Source: Patescibacteria group bacterium (GTDB taxonomy: Bacteria; Patescibacteriota; Minisyncoccia; UBA6257; UBA9933). Taken from it: a stretch of 64,000 bases of DNA. The notes below the pieces were generated by a model. The model was not told the origin of the DNA. It did no database searches and worked only from the letters and a program-made list of their open reading frames with translations. This document shows positions 50,496 to 59,854 of the stretch, piece by piece; position 1 is the first letter of the stretch; each line of letters opens with the position of its first letter. The stretch spans positions 397-64,396 of the forward strand of contig JBBTYQ010000003.1 in the NCBI GenBank assembly GCA_038078555.1, read 5' to 3'. Position numbers and translations under genes: made by a program.

Positions 50496-51602
50496 ATGAA
50501 AAATCGTTTTGGCGCGTTGCCTGACACCGACATTAAATCTTTAATAAGGGCGGGCTTTATAAAGGGAGCCAGAGAAGAAAATATCAATCCGGCCTCATTA
50601 GATCTGGCTGTTTCTGAAGAAACTTACAGACTGGAAGGATTATTTTTGCCGAGAGCCGGAGAAAAAGTTAAAGACCTTTTAAAAGGCGCTGGCGCGAGCC
50701 CTCATGATCTTGAACAGCCTTTGGAACGCAACGTCACCTATTTAGCTAAACTTTATGAAACTCTTGAATTGCCCCAAGGTATTTACGGCTACTGCAATCC
50801 AAAATCGTCAACCGGCAGAAATCACATTCACGCCCGGCTACTGGCTGACGGAGTGCCTCGCTACGACGCCTTAACACCTGCGGGTTATTGCGGAGAACTC
50901 TGGATAGCAATAACGCCGAAATCTTTTTCTATAAAAATAAGCAAAGGATTAACTTTAAACCAGCTAAGACTTTTTAACGGAGATACAAGGCTCGATGAGC
51001 TGGAAATTCAGATAGCGCTAAAAGCCAACGAGCTTCTTTGGGACTATCTGAAGAAAAAACCGATTTTTTATGAGGAGATAAAAATAAAAGACAATGACGG
51101 ATCGCTGATTCTTACTCCTGACCTTAATTCGGAAATTGTCGGGTATGAATGCCGCGGCTCAAATAAAGTTCTGGATTTTTCCAAAAAAGAATTTTACCGA
51201 GCTGATGATTTCTTTGAGCCGATTTTTAAGAAAAATGATTGCATTTATCTTAAAGAGGGTGGCTTTTATATAATCTCCACCAAAGAAGCGGTAGTAGTGC
51301 CGCCTGAATTCGCCTGCGAAATGTGGCCAACAGACCACCGTAGCGGTGAATTCAGAGTGCATTACGCAGGATTCGTCGACCCTGGCTGGGGTTTTTTCAA
51401 AAACGGCGAAATTAAGGGAAATCCCCTAACTCTTGAAGTAAAAGCATACGAAGACTTAATCGTACGCGAAGGACAACCGATAGCTAAAATAAAGTTTGAG
51501 CGCATGATTAGCGCTCCGGAAAAACATTACGGCGAAAAACTTTATTCCAACTATACTCTTCAAAACGGCCCGACGCTTTCCAAACATTTTCTCAGAACTT
51601 AA
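50496..51602 (+). CDS. dcd: Long-form dCTP deaminase-like protein (dUTPase-fold, DCD family)
   Basis: 368 aa with NPKSSTGRN and HYAGFVDPGWG, motifs typical of dCTP deaminase/dUTPase-fold enzymes. SD GGGAGG is present. Confidence 0.7.
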   Translation: MKNRFGALPDTDIKSLIRAGFIKGAREENINPASLDLAVSEETYRLEGLFLPRAGEKVKDLLKGAGASPHDLEQPLERNVTYLAKLYETLELPQGIYGYCNPKSSTGRNHIHARLLADGVPRYDALTPAGYCGELWIAITPKSFSIKISKGLTLNQLRLFNGDTRLDELEIQIALKANELLWDYLKKKPIFYEEIKIKDNDGSLILTPDLNSEIVGYECRGSNKVLDFSKKEFYRADDFFEPIFKKNDCIYLKEGGFYIISTKEAVVVPPEFACEMWPTDHRSGEFRVHYAGFVDPGWGFFKNGEIKGNPLTLEVKAYEDLIVREGQPIAKIKFERMISAPEKHYGEKLYSNYTLQNGPTLSKHFLRT

Positions 51603-51609
51603 ACCTAAG

Positions 51610-51634
51610 GCGGCGCTCTTGCGCCGCTTTTTTT
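51610..51634 (+). terminator. Rho-independent terminator after dcd-like gene
   Basis: A 7-bp GC stem (GCGGCGC / GCGCCGC) with loop TCTT is followed by a T7 run. Confidence 0.8.
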
Positions 51635-51761
51635 AATTATTTTTTCTGAAAACCTAAAAAAATAAATCAGCGAATAAATTTTCAATTGACTTTTTTGTTT
51701 TCTGGGGGCAAACTATTTAATAGTTGATTAATAACTTAATAAAAAGCCTGGGGAGGAAAAA

Positions 51762-52136
51762 ATGAATAAAATTCTTGTTCTATTAAAAACTTTTTTTAAG
51801 AAAAAAAAGCTTAAAATAGTTTTAAGAAAAGAAAGAGGAACATGCCCTTTTTACGGATTTGCCCACGCATCCGGAACCACCAAGTTTTTTGACCAAGGCG
51901 GAAGCCAGTGCGCTCTTATCTTAAAAAGATATGTTTCTTGCAGAATGGAAGGCAAAAGCGATGTCCCGGATTGGAAAAAATGTCATCTTAATAGGGCGAG
52001 AAACCAGAAGACAGTAGAAGATATCATGCAATTTTCTACTATTTTCCCGCAAGAATTCATGCCCGAAAAAAACCATTCTTGGCCAGGCATGAAATTTAAA
52101 ACATGGGTGCGCTATGTAATGAATAACAAAATTTAA
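51762..52136 (+). CDS. Hypothetical 124-aa protein with four Cys
   Basis: SD GGGGAGG is present. The sequence contains ...RGTCPFYGF...GGSQCALILKRYVSCRMEGKSDVPDWKKCHLN.... I recognise no family. It has its own terminator. Confidence 0.6.
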   Translation: MNKILVLLKTFFKKKKLKIVLRKERGTCPFYGFAHASGTTKFFDQGGSQCALILKRYVSCRMEGKSDVPDWKKCHLNRARNQKTVEDIMQFSTIFPQEFMPEKNHSWPGMKFKTWVRYVMNNKI

Positions 52137-52138
52137 CC

Positions 52139-52168
52139 GATTGGGTTGCAATAGCAACCCAATTTTTT
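52139..52168 (+). terminator. Rho-independent terminator
   Basis: A 10-bp stem (ATTGGGTTGC / GCAACCCAAT) with loop AATA is followed by a T7 run. Confidence 0.8.
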
Positions 52169-52277
52169 TAGCGCTTTATTGAATTTTGAAATATTATATA
52201 GAGTCATATTATTGACTTTTGTTTTAATTTTGTATATCCTATCCACTAATTACCAATAACTGATTAACTAAATTATT

Positions 52278-52475
52278 ATGGGTGGCGTACCGGTAAAACA
52301 TCATACGAAATCAAAAGTTGGGAGACGCAGGTCTCATTTAGCCTTGAAACCGGCTCAAATTCACGTTTGCCAAAACTGCCAAAATCCTATTGTTCCTCAT
52401 CGATATTGCGCTAATTGCGGAAATTATAAAAATAAAATCGTTAAAGAACAGAAAATTAAAATAAAGAAGATATGA
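52278..52475 (+). CDS. rpmF: Ribosomal protein L32
   Basis: 65 aa starting GVPVKHHTKSKVGRRRSH, with the CxxC...CxxC zinc-ribbon form. Confidence 0.93.
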   Translation: MGGVPVKHHTKSKVGRRRSHLALKPAQIHVCQNCQNPIVPHRYCANCGNYKNKIVKEQKIKIKKI

Positions 52476-52544
52476 GAAAGAAGATATGAGAAAAGAGGCG
52501 CTTAAAACCTAGTTTCTCATTTCTGATTTTTCAATTCTAACTAA

Positions 52545-52967
52545 TTGGCTACCCGGCATCTTGCTCGTTCCATCGTTCTCCAATCGCTTTACGAATGGGA
52601 TTTTTATAATCAAAAAGAAGATCTGACAAAAGTCGTAGAGCGTAATATTAATGAATTTGGTTCGGGAATTGACGAGCCGGAATTCGTTTGGCGCATAGTT
52701 AAAGGCGTTATTGATAATATTGACCAAATTGATAAAATAATCGGCGCATCCGCGCCTCATTGGCCGATAAACCAAATTTCCATAGTCGACAGGAACATTC
52801 TGCGTATTGGAATTTTTGAACTGCTTTATGCAGACAAGGCGGAGGTGCCGGAAAAAGTTGCAATTAACGAAGCAATTGAGCTGGCAAAAAATTACGGGGG
52901 CCAGAATTCCAGAAAATTTATTAACGGAGTCTTGGGAACAATATATAAAGAAATGGCAGCAAAATAG
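52545..52967 (+). CDS. nusB: Transcription antitermination factor NusB
   Basis: 140 aa with a TTG start. It has [17 protein letters not shown] and an all-helical NusB pattern. Confidence 0.88.
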   Translation: MATRHLARSIVLQSLYEWDFYNQKEDLTKVVERNINEFGSGIDEPEFVWRIVKGVIDNIDQIDKIIGASAPHWPINQISIVDRNILRIGIFELLYADKAEVPEKVAINEAIELAKNYGGQNSRKFINGVLGTIYKEMAAK

Positions 52968-53049
52968 AACTTCGAAATTGGAATTTATAATGTAGACATT
53001 TAATTTTTGCCTAAATCATAAATTCTAAATCCTAAGTTCTTTAATTTTA

Positions 53050-53748
53050 GTGGATTTATCAGTCTTAGAAAAAAAAATAAGCGTCCAGTTTAAAAATATC
53101 AACCTTCTTAAGGAGGCTCTTACTCACCGATCTTATCTTAATGAAAATTCTGCTTGGGGCTTGTCTAATAATGAACGGCTGGAATTTTTAGGCGATGCTA
53201 TTTTAGAACTCATAGTTACCGAAGAGTTATTTAACCTTTACCCGAAATCAACAGAAGGAGAACTCACAAGCATCAGAGCCGCATTGGTTAATTATCAAAT
53301 GCTCTCGGAAGCGGCAAAAAATATCGACCTTAATGAATTTATTTTGCTTTCCCGCGGAGAATCAAAAGACATGGGCAAAGCCCGAGATGTTATTTTAGCA
53401 AACGCTTTTGAAGCGCTCTTAGGCGCTATTTATTTGGACGGCGGATACAAATCAGCCGAAGCTTTTATAAAAAACCACTTAATAAAATACCTTGCTAAAA
53501 TAATCGAAGAAAAACTTTACAAAGACCCGAAAAGTTTGCTTCAGGAAATAGCCCAGGAAAAATTCAAGGTAACTCCGACTTATTTGGTTATTTCAGAAAG
53601 CGGTCTGGATCACGCTAAAATTTTCAATATTGGTGTTTATTTTAGCGATAAGCTTATTGCCGAAGGCGAAGGTTCATCAAAGCAAGAAGCCGAAGTAGAA
53701 GCGGCAAGAAAAGCGCTGGAAAATAAAGATTTGCTTAAAAAATCTTAA
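53050..53748 (+). CDS. rnc: Ribonuclease III
   Basis: 232 aa with a GTG start. It has the signature NERLEFLGDAILE and a C-terminal dsRBD. Confidence 0.95.
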   Translation: MDLSVLEKKISVQFKNINLLKEALTHRSYLNENSAWGLSNNERLEFLGDAILELIVTEELFNLYPKSTEGELTSIRAALVNYQMLSEAAKNIDLNEFILLSRGESKDMGKARDVILANAFEALLGAIYLDGGYKSAEAFIKNHLIKYLAKIIEEKLYKDPKSLLQEIAQEKFKVTPTYLVISESGLDHAKIFNIGVYFSDKLIAEGEGSSKQEAEVEAARKALENKDLLKKS

Positions 53749-53766
53749 ATTCTTAATTTTCAAAAT

Positions 53767-55920
53767 ATGTTTCTAAAATCATTAGAGCTTAACGGATTCA
53801 AGTCATTTGCTTCCAAAACAACTTTGGAATTTCCTCGAGGAATTACCGCAATTGTCGGTCCAAACGGTTCTGGTAAATCAAATATTATCGACGCCATAAG
53901 ATGGCTTTTAGGCGAACGAGAAGCAAAAAATTTAAGAGGCTCAAAAATTGAAAATCTTATTTTTGCCGGCACGCCCAAACGGCCGCGCACCGCCATGGCT
54001 CAAGTCGGTCTTTTTTTTGAAAATAATTCAAAACTAGCATCTTTTGATTTCAATGAAATTTCCGTGGTAAGGCGGGCTACTCGAGACGGCAATTCCCAAT
54101 ATTTTATCAATAAATCCGAAACCAGGTTGAAAGATTTGATAGATTTTTTCGCTCGCGCGCGCTTGGGTACCAAAGGATTAACAATCATAAATCAAGGTTC
54201 CAGCGATTTATTCGTCAAAGCAACGCCAGAAGAAAGGAAAACAATGATTGAAGAGGTGCTGGGACTAAGAGAGTTTCAAATAAAAAAATCGGAAGCAGAG
54301 CGAAAACTTGGCAATACAAATATTAATTTGGAAAAAGCCAAAGCGCTGGTTGAAGAAGTCATTCCCCGTTTGCGAATGCTTAAAAGACAAACTGCTAAGT
54401 GGGAAAAACGGCAAGATATCGAAAACGAGCTTCGCGAGCTGGAAAATAATTATTTTTCCAATAAATTCGGCGAAATTGAAATTGAAAGCCGAAAATTAGA
54501 GTCCCCGCTCAATGAATTGCTGAGCGCCTCAAAAATAAAATCAAACGAGTTAAAACAACTGGAAGAAGATATTAAAAAACTTGAAGAAAAATCCGAAAAA
54601 TATAGTCTCAGAGAAATTAAGGAGAAAAAGAATCAATCCACGGAAAATCACCTTAAAATCCAAAAAGAACTTGCCCGAATTGAAGCCACATTGGAATTAA
54701 TAAGCATACGAGAAACCGACGATAATATATTCGACAAAGAAGAACTTTTAATGCTTCTTAATGAAATCAAAAATGACCTTGAAGCAAATTCAAAAAATGA
54801 AAACGCTTCCCTGCTCCTTGAAACAGCAAAAAATTTGGTAGAAAAAATAAATAAATTTTTAAATCAGCCTAATATCCAAAAATCGGAAAAAATCAGAGAG
54901 TTAGAAGATTCTAAAAATCGCCTGCTTAAGGAAATCCAATCAACAGAAGCAGAGCTTAAACATCTGGAAGAGATAGAAAACAAAACAACCGATGAACTTG
55001 AAGGTTTTAATAAAAATTTTCAAAAAGCTTACGAGCTTCTTGAGGCGAAAAAAGAAGAGATTTCTAAATTGGAAAATCAAAAACAAAAAATTGCCTTTGA
55101 AAAAGAAAAGCTCGGTCTTAAATTTCAGGATATTAAAAATTACTGCTATCAGATTGGCCGTCAAATTGACGAATTTAAATCAATAATTCCCGAAGCAATG
55201 GAAAATCCTCTGGAAATTGAGAGAAAAATGCTTAAGCTTCGCGCTGAACTTTCGAGCATCGGCGAGATAGACCAATCCTTGATAAAAGAAGCGACTGAAA
55301 CGGAAAACCACTATACTTTTTTGCTTAGCCAATCAGGCGATTTGGAAAAAGCAATTGAGGATTTAAAAAACCTGATTGAAGAGTTAAGGAAAAAAATCAA
55401 TTTTGAATTTGATTCTTCTCTAAAACTTATAAATGACAAATTCGATGATTTCTTCCGGCTGATGTTTGAAGGCGGCCACGCCAAGCTTAAAATCCAAAGC
55501 TTAAAGCCTAAAATTCAAAATAACGAAGAGCCGGAAATTGAGGCTGATGAAAATGATAAGGCAGAAGAAAAAAATGAATTTTCCGCTGGTATTGATATCG
55601 AGCTTAATCTGCCAAAAAAACGCATTACTAGCTTAGAAATGCTTTCTGGCGGAGAAAAAAGCCTGGTTTCAATTGCCGCGCTTTTTGCTTTAATTTCGGT
55701 AAGTCCTCCGCCTTTTTTAGTGCTTGATGAAATTGACGCGCCTTTAGACGAAAAAAATTCAACAAGATTTGCCAATTTAATCAAAGAATTTTCGCATCAA
55801 ACGCAATTTATCATAGTTACCCACAACCGATCGGTTATGGAATCAGCTAATGTGCTTTACGGCGTTACAATGAACGACGACGGCACCTCAAAAGTAATTT
55901 CTTTGAAACTTGACAACTAG
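53767..55920 (+). CDS. smc: SMC-type chromosome condensation ATPase, shortened and without recognisable hinge
   Basis: 717 aa. It has the N-terminal FKSFASKT...GPNGSGKSN, and the C-terminal LSGGEKS signature and LVLDEIDAPLD Walker B. It sits in the rnc-smc position. The middle of about 390 aa is coiled-coil-like only. Confidence 0.85.
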   Translation: MFLKSLELNGFKSFASKTTLEFPRGITAIVGPNGSGKSNIIDAIRWLLGEREAKNLRGSKIENLIFAGTPKRPRTAMAQVGLFFENNSKLASFDFNEISVVRRATRDGNSQYFINKSETRLKDLIDFFARARLGTKGLTIINQGSSDLFVKATPEERKTMIEEVLGLREFQIKKSEAERKLGNTNINLEKAKALVEEVIPRLRMLKRQTAKWEKRQDIENELRELENNYFSNKFGEIEIESRKLESPLNELLSASKIKSNELKQLEEDIKKLEEKSEKYSLREIKEKKNQSTENHLKIQKELARIEATLELISIRETDDNIFDKEELLMLLNEIKNDLEANSKNENASLLLETAKNLVEKINKFLNQPNIQKSEKIRELEDSKNRLLKEIQSTEAELKHLEEIENKTTDELEGFNKNFQKAYELLEAKKEEISKLENQKQKIAFEKEKLGLKFQDIKNYCYQIGRQIDEFKSIIPEAMENPLEIERKMLKLRAELSSIGEIDQSLIKEATETENHYTFLLSQSGDLEKAIEDLKNLIEELRKKINFEFDSSLKLINDKFDDFFRLMFEGGHAKLKIQSLKPKIQNNEEPEIEADENDKAEEKNEFSAGIDIELNLPKKRITSLEMLSGGEKSLVSIAALFALISVSPPPFLVLDEIDAPLDEKNSTRFANLIKEFSHQTQFIIVTHNRSVMESANVLYGVTMNDDGTSKVISLKLDN

Positions 55921-55949
55921 GGACTGAAAACTGTAAACTAAAAACCATT

Positions 55950-56270
55950 ATGTTAGCAATCAAGCTTAAAAGAATAGGTAAAAGAGGCCAAGCAAGCTTC
56001 AGAATAGTTGTTCAGGAAAAGCGCTCAAAATTGGGCGGACGCTATGTTGAAGATTTGGGCTGGCTTAATCCGCACAATAATAAATCAAGCATTAAAAAAG
56101 ATCGGATAGAATATTGGATTAAAACCGGAGCGCAGCCGACTGATAGCGTTTATAATATGCTCGTAAAAAACAGCATTATTAAGGGTCCTAAAAAACCGGT
56201 TCATAAAATTTCTAAGAAAAAAATCGAGGGTCAAGCCAATAAACAACCAGAAACGCCAGTCGCTGCCTAA
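55950..56270 (+). CDS. rpsP: Ribosomal protein S16
   Basis: 106 aa starting MLAIKLKRIGKRGQASFRIVV. Confidence 0.95.
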   Translation: MLAIKLKRIGKRGQASFRIVVQEKRSKLGGRYVEDLGWLNPHNNKSSIKKDRIEYWIKTGAQPTDSVYNMLVKNSIIKGPKKPVHKISKKKIEGQANKQPETPVAA

Positions 56271-56357
56271 CCGGCAAAACGGATTGACTTTTCTTAATTT
56301 TAAAGTTATTTTACCAATAATAAAAGGTCGATAGAAAATCAGATTTTATACAAAGAA

Positions 56358-56663
56358 ATGGAAGCAAAAGATCAGGAATTTCTGGAATTTCTCGTCAAAT
56401 CCATTGTTGATCATCCAGACGATGTCAAAGTTGATCGCAAAGTGGATGAGATGGGCGTTCTCCTTGTTCTTAATGTTCATCAAATGGACATGGGACAAGT
56501 GGTTGGAAAGCGCGGCTCAACAGCCCAATCAATCCGTTCGCTACTTCGAATTGTAGGCATCAAAAATAATGCTAGAGTCAATTTGAAAATTGCCGAACCG
56601 GAAGGATCCACCAGAAGAACAGAATCTGCAGTTGATAGAACTGTAGAAGACTTAAATCTTTAA
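56358..56663 (+). CDS. KH-domain RNA-binding protein (YlqC/UPF0109-like)
   Basis: 101 aa with GxxG-type VVGKRGSTAQSIRSLL. It lies between rpsP and trmD, the conserved position. Confidence 0.85.
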   Translation: MEAKDQEFLEFLVKSIVDHPDDVKVDRKVDEMGVLLVLNVHQMDMGQVVGKRGSTAQSIRSLLRIVGIKNNARVNLKIAEPEGSTRRTESAVDRTVEDLNL

Positions 56664-56717
56664 ACTCGCAAAAAACCCCGCACAAAAACGCGGGGTTTTA
56701 GATTGTATTTTAAACCT

Positions 56718-57410
56718 ATGATATTTAATATCATCACGATATTTCCAAAAATGTTTTCCGGCCCAAATAGCTACTTGAACGAATCTATTTTAAAACGCGC
56801 CCAGAAAAAAAATCTTATTAAAATTAAAATCCATGATTTGCGCGACTTCACAACTGACAAACATAAAAAAGTCGATGACCGGCCTTATGGAGGCGGTCCG
56901 GGAATGGTTTTAAAAATCGAACCGCTTGCAAAAACGATTTTGTTTTTAAAATCGAAACTTAATCCGACAATCGGCGAAAAAAAATTAAAAGTCATTTTAT
57001 TTTCTCCGGCTGGCCGGCAATTTGATAATAAAATAGCGGCTAAATTAGCAAAATACGACCAGCTTATTTTAATAGCCGGCCGCTACGAAGGCATCGACGA
57101 AAGGATAAAAAAAATTATTAGAGATCAAAAATTAGAAATTCAAGAATTGAGTATCGGTTCTTATGTTTTGACCGGCGGAGAAATTCCGGCTATGGTTTTA
57201 ATCGACGCAGTGTCCCGTCAAATTCCAAAAGTTTTGGGTAAAACCGAATCGCTTGAGGAAAAACGGCTAGGCATCGGAATACCGACTTACACTAGACCGG
57301 AAATTTTTATTCATAAAGGGAAAAAATACAAAGTGCCTAAGATTTTATTATCGGGAAACGCTAAAAAAATAGAGGAATGGAGGAAAAAATATGAAAAAAC
57401 CCCTGCTTAA
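56718..57410 (+). CDS. trmD: tRNA (guanine37-N1)-methyltransferase TrmD
   Basis: It has [13 protein letters not shown]..., [13 protein letters not shown], and the SPOUT-knot GRYEGIDER. The ORF track begins at TTG 56703, but ATG 56718 gives the canonical N-terminus. Confidence 0.94.
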   Translation: MIFNIITIFPKMFSGPNSYLNESILKRAQKKNLIKIKIHDLRDFTTDKHKKVDDRPYGGGPGMVLKIEPLAKTILFLKSKLNPTIGEKKLKVILFSPAGRQFDNKIAAKLAKYDQLILIAGRYEGIDERIKKIIRDQKLEIQELSIGSYVLTGGEIPAMVLIDAVSRQIPKVLGKTESLEEKRLGIGIPTYTRPEIFIHKGKKYKVPKILLSGNAKKIEEWRKKYEKTPA

Positions 57411-57448
57411 AAGCAGGGGTTTTTTATTAATTAAAAAATATTCAGCAG

Positions 57449-58504
57449 CTATTCCTCGTCCTCTTCTTTTGGTTTTTCTATAGACATCGGCTCAATATCA
57501 GCCGCAACTCCGGAAATTCGCAAAACATCTTTATCTATTTTGCCTAATTCTTTATAAGCATTGTTGTACATGCCAACCGTGGTTCCCAAATGAACCCCTA
57601 ATTTTTTCATATAGTTTTCATAACTGGACAAATGGCGTCCCAGTTCCTCCACTCTTTTTCTGATTTCCTTGGCAGATTCTTCAATTTGCAAAGCTTTCAA
57701 CCCCTGAAGAACGGTTTGAAGATAAGCCAAAAAAGTGGTGGGCGAAACAATCATCACTTTTTTCTCGCCAGCCGCATATTGAATAAGATCGCGAGTGTTG
57801 CTTTTTACTGCGCCAATTTTATTAATCAGTAAATCATAATAAACCGCTTCTGAAGGAATAAACATAAAAGCAAACTCCATGGTGCCTTCCGCAGGCTTAA
57901 TGTATTTTGAAGTTTCGTCTATCCTGCTTTTCAAATCATCTCTAAAAGCCGATTCAAATCTCACGCGCTCCGCCTCGTCTTTAGTTTCTAAAATACGGTT
58001 ATAATTTTCCAAGGAAAATTTAGAATCAACCGGAATAATGCGTTCCTTGATAAAAATTGCCGCGTCAACAATTGTGCCGTCTTTAAATTCGTATTGCATC
58101 TGAAAAGTGCCTGGCGGCAAAACATTTTTAAGAACTGCCTCCAGATAATATTCGCCCAAAATTCCTCTTTGCTTGGGATTTTTTAAAATATCCTGAAGAT
58201 TTTCCAATTGTTTGGCAATATCAACCACCTGTTTTTGCCCCTCGCCTACCCGAGTAAGCTCTGCGGTAATTTCTTTAATTATTCTTGAGCTTTCACCAAA
58301 CTGATGCTGAAGCATCCGCGTTGATTGGTCCAGCTTTAAATCAAGAGTACGGCTGATTTCCTGAATCTGATTTTGAATCAAAAGAAATGGCTGATTATCG
58401 CCTTCAATTGCTTTCTGAAAACCTGATTTTCTAAAAAACAAAAAAATGGCTGCTATGCCAATTACTAAAATTGATAAGATAATAATTAAAAAAATTACTT
58501 CCAT
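57449..58504 (-). CDS. rmuC: DNA recombination protein RmuC
   Basis: 351 aa with an N-terminal TM helix, a coiled-coil, and a C-terminal RmuC nuclease-like core (FAFMFIPSEAVYY...). Confidence 0.85.
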   Translation of the reverse strand: MEVIFLIIILSILVIGIAAIFLFFRKSGFQKAIEGDNQPFLLIQNQIQEISRTLDLKLDQSTRMLQHQFGESSRIIKEITAELTRVGEGQKQVVDIAKQLENLQDILKNPKQRGILGEYYLEAVLKNVLPPGTFQMQYEFKDGTIVDAAIFIKERIIPVDSKFSLENYNRILETKDEAERVRFESAFRDDLKSRIDETSKYIKPAEGTMEFAFMFIPSEAVYYDLLINKIGAVKSNTRDLIQYAAGEKKVMIVSPTTFLAYLQTVLQGLKALQIEESAKEIRKRVEELGRHLSSYENYMKKLGVHLGTTVGMYNNAYKELGKIDKDVLRISGVAADIEPMSIEKPKEEDEE

Positions 58505-58821
58505 AATACTTCAAAAATATAAAATCCAAAAATTGCAAAAAATCCAAAAATCAAAACTCCGGATAACAACATTAAAATTTTGCCGGTTTTTTCCTGATTG
58601 GAACTAATTGGCAAAAATCTCGCTAAAATGCTTACTATAACTAATACTACTATCGATAAAATGCCTTTGCCTACCCAGTGATGATAAAAATTATTTTTCA
58701 TCCAGTCTTTCAAGGGCAGATATAAATCCGCGGTAATGGTAATGGCAATAATAAATAATACGGCGGTAGTTGCTCCGATTATTATAGAATTAATAAGTTT
58801 TGTTTTTTTTAAAGTATCCAT
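58495..58821 (-). CDS. Small polytopic membrane protein, unknown function
   Basis: 108 aa with three hydrophobic helices. It overlaps rmuC by 10 nt. Confidence 0.55.
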   Translation of the reverse strand: MDTLKKTKLINSIIIGATTAVLFIIAITITADLYLPLKDWMKNNFYHHWVGKGILSIVVLVIVSILARFLPISSNQEKTGKILMLLSGVLIFGFFAIFGFYIFEVLWK

Positions 58822-58847
58822 TTAAATTAAAACTATTTTTAAAATTC

Positions 58848-59312
58848 CTATTTTACAACCGCTCCGGAAATTGCCATGCCCATTAAAGTTATTGCCGTGC
58901 CGATAAATACAATTGTCGTGGCCAGCCAAATGCCGGCATTTTTTATTTTAGGCTGATTCTCAAAATCTTCGCCGAATAAATATACCACCAAAACCATTAT
59001 CAGCGCCGCAAACGGCAAAAACAAGAAAACATGCTCTTTAACTTCCATTAAAATTGAATGAGCCCACGGATAAGGGCCGGCTTTAATAATCGGCTTAACT
59101 AATGCGCCGTAATAATATACATAATAATAGCCGCCGGTTATCCAAGACAATAAAAATCCGATCAGTCCCCAAAGCGAAGTTAGGCGGAGAAATTTAATTC
59201 TTTTAGAATCTAATTTCTTAATTAAAACAAATAAAACCGCGGAAAAAAGAATAATGCCTAGCATGCCCGAAAAAACATGGCTAATCAGCAAAAATTTAAA
59301 TAATAAGCTCAT
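58848..59312 (-). CDS. Polytopic membrane protein, unknown function
   Basis: 154 aa with four hydrophobic helices. It has a 4-nt overlap with the upstream gene. Confidence 0.55.
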   Translation of the reverse strand: MSLLFKFLLISHVFSGMLGIILFSAVLFVLIKKLDSKRIKFLRLTSLWGLIGFLLSWITGGYYYVYYYGALVKPIIKAGPYPWAHSILMEVKEHVFLFLPFAALIMVLVVYLFGEDFENQPKIKNAGIWLATTIVFIGTAITLMGMAISGAVVK

Positions 59313-59833
59313 ACTTTTTGTATTTTTTCATGGATAAACTTTAGAACAAATGCCGTTATAACTATTGCCACAAAATAACCAAGCATAATAATCAAATACG
59401 AAATCTTATTGGAAAAAGGCAACTCGAAAAATTCTTCGGTTAATTTGCCCAAACCCGCTGCCCCATACCAAGAAACAAGAGAGATTGCGCCGCCCAGCCA
59501 AATGGGAATTTTTCTGGCATGCATTAATGATACGCCGAGCAAAAGAATTAAAATGGCGGAAAATTTCGCCAGAAGCACTGGATTATAAAAATATTCCGGA
59601 CCTTTTAATTCCCAGCGCCAGCCAAGCATCATACCCAGACCGGTAAAAATTAAAATAATCAAACTTAAGCGCATTACCTTATATGTGATTTTGAGCTCTT
59701 TTGATTCTGATTCGTCAACTATGCCGTCTCTTATGGCTTTAAGGTAAAAAATTTCCGCCAAAGTAGCGGCGCCCACTCCGGAAATCGCAGTTAAAATATG
59801 CAATCCCTTATTGATAAAGAAAAACAATTCCAT
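59309..59833 (-). CDS. Polytopic membrane protein, unknown function
   Basis: 174 aa with about five helices. It is divergent from the GT2 gene. Confidence 0.55.
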   Translation of the reverse strand: MELFFFINKGLHILTAISGVGAATLAEIFYLKAIRDGIVDESESKELKITYKVMRLSLIILIFTGLGMMLGWRWELKGPEYFYNPVLLAKFSAILILLLGVSLMHARKIPIWLGGAISLVSWYGAAGLGKLTEEFFELPFSNKISYLIIMLGYFVAIVITAFVLKFIHEKIQKV

Positions 59834-59854
59834 CTTTATAATTATATTAAAATC

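Noticed and set aside
52464-52491. A 14-bp tandem duplication (AAGAAGATATGAGA x2) at the rpmF stop codon
   Set aside because: It is a simple two-copy slippage duplication in an A/G-rich tail. It has no effect on the reading frame beyond the stop and no further structure.
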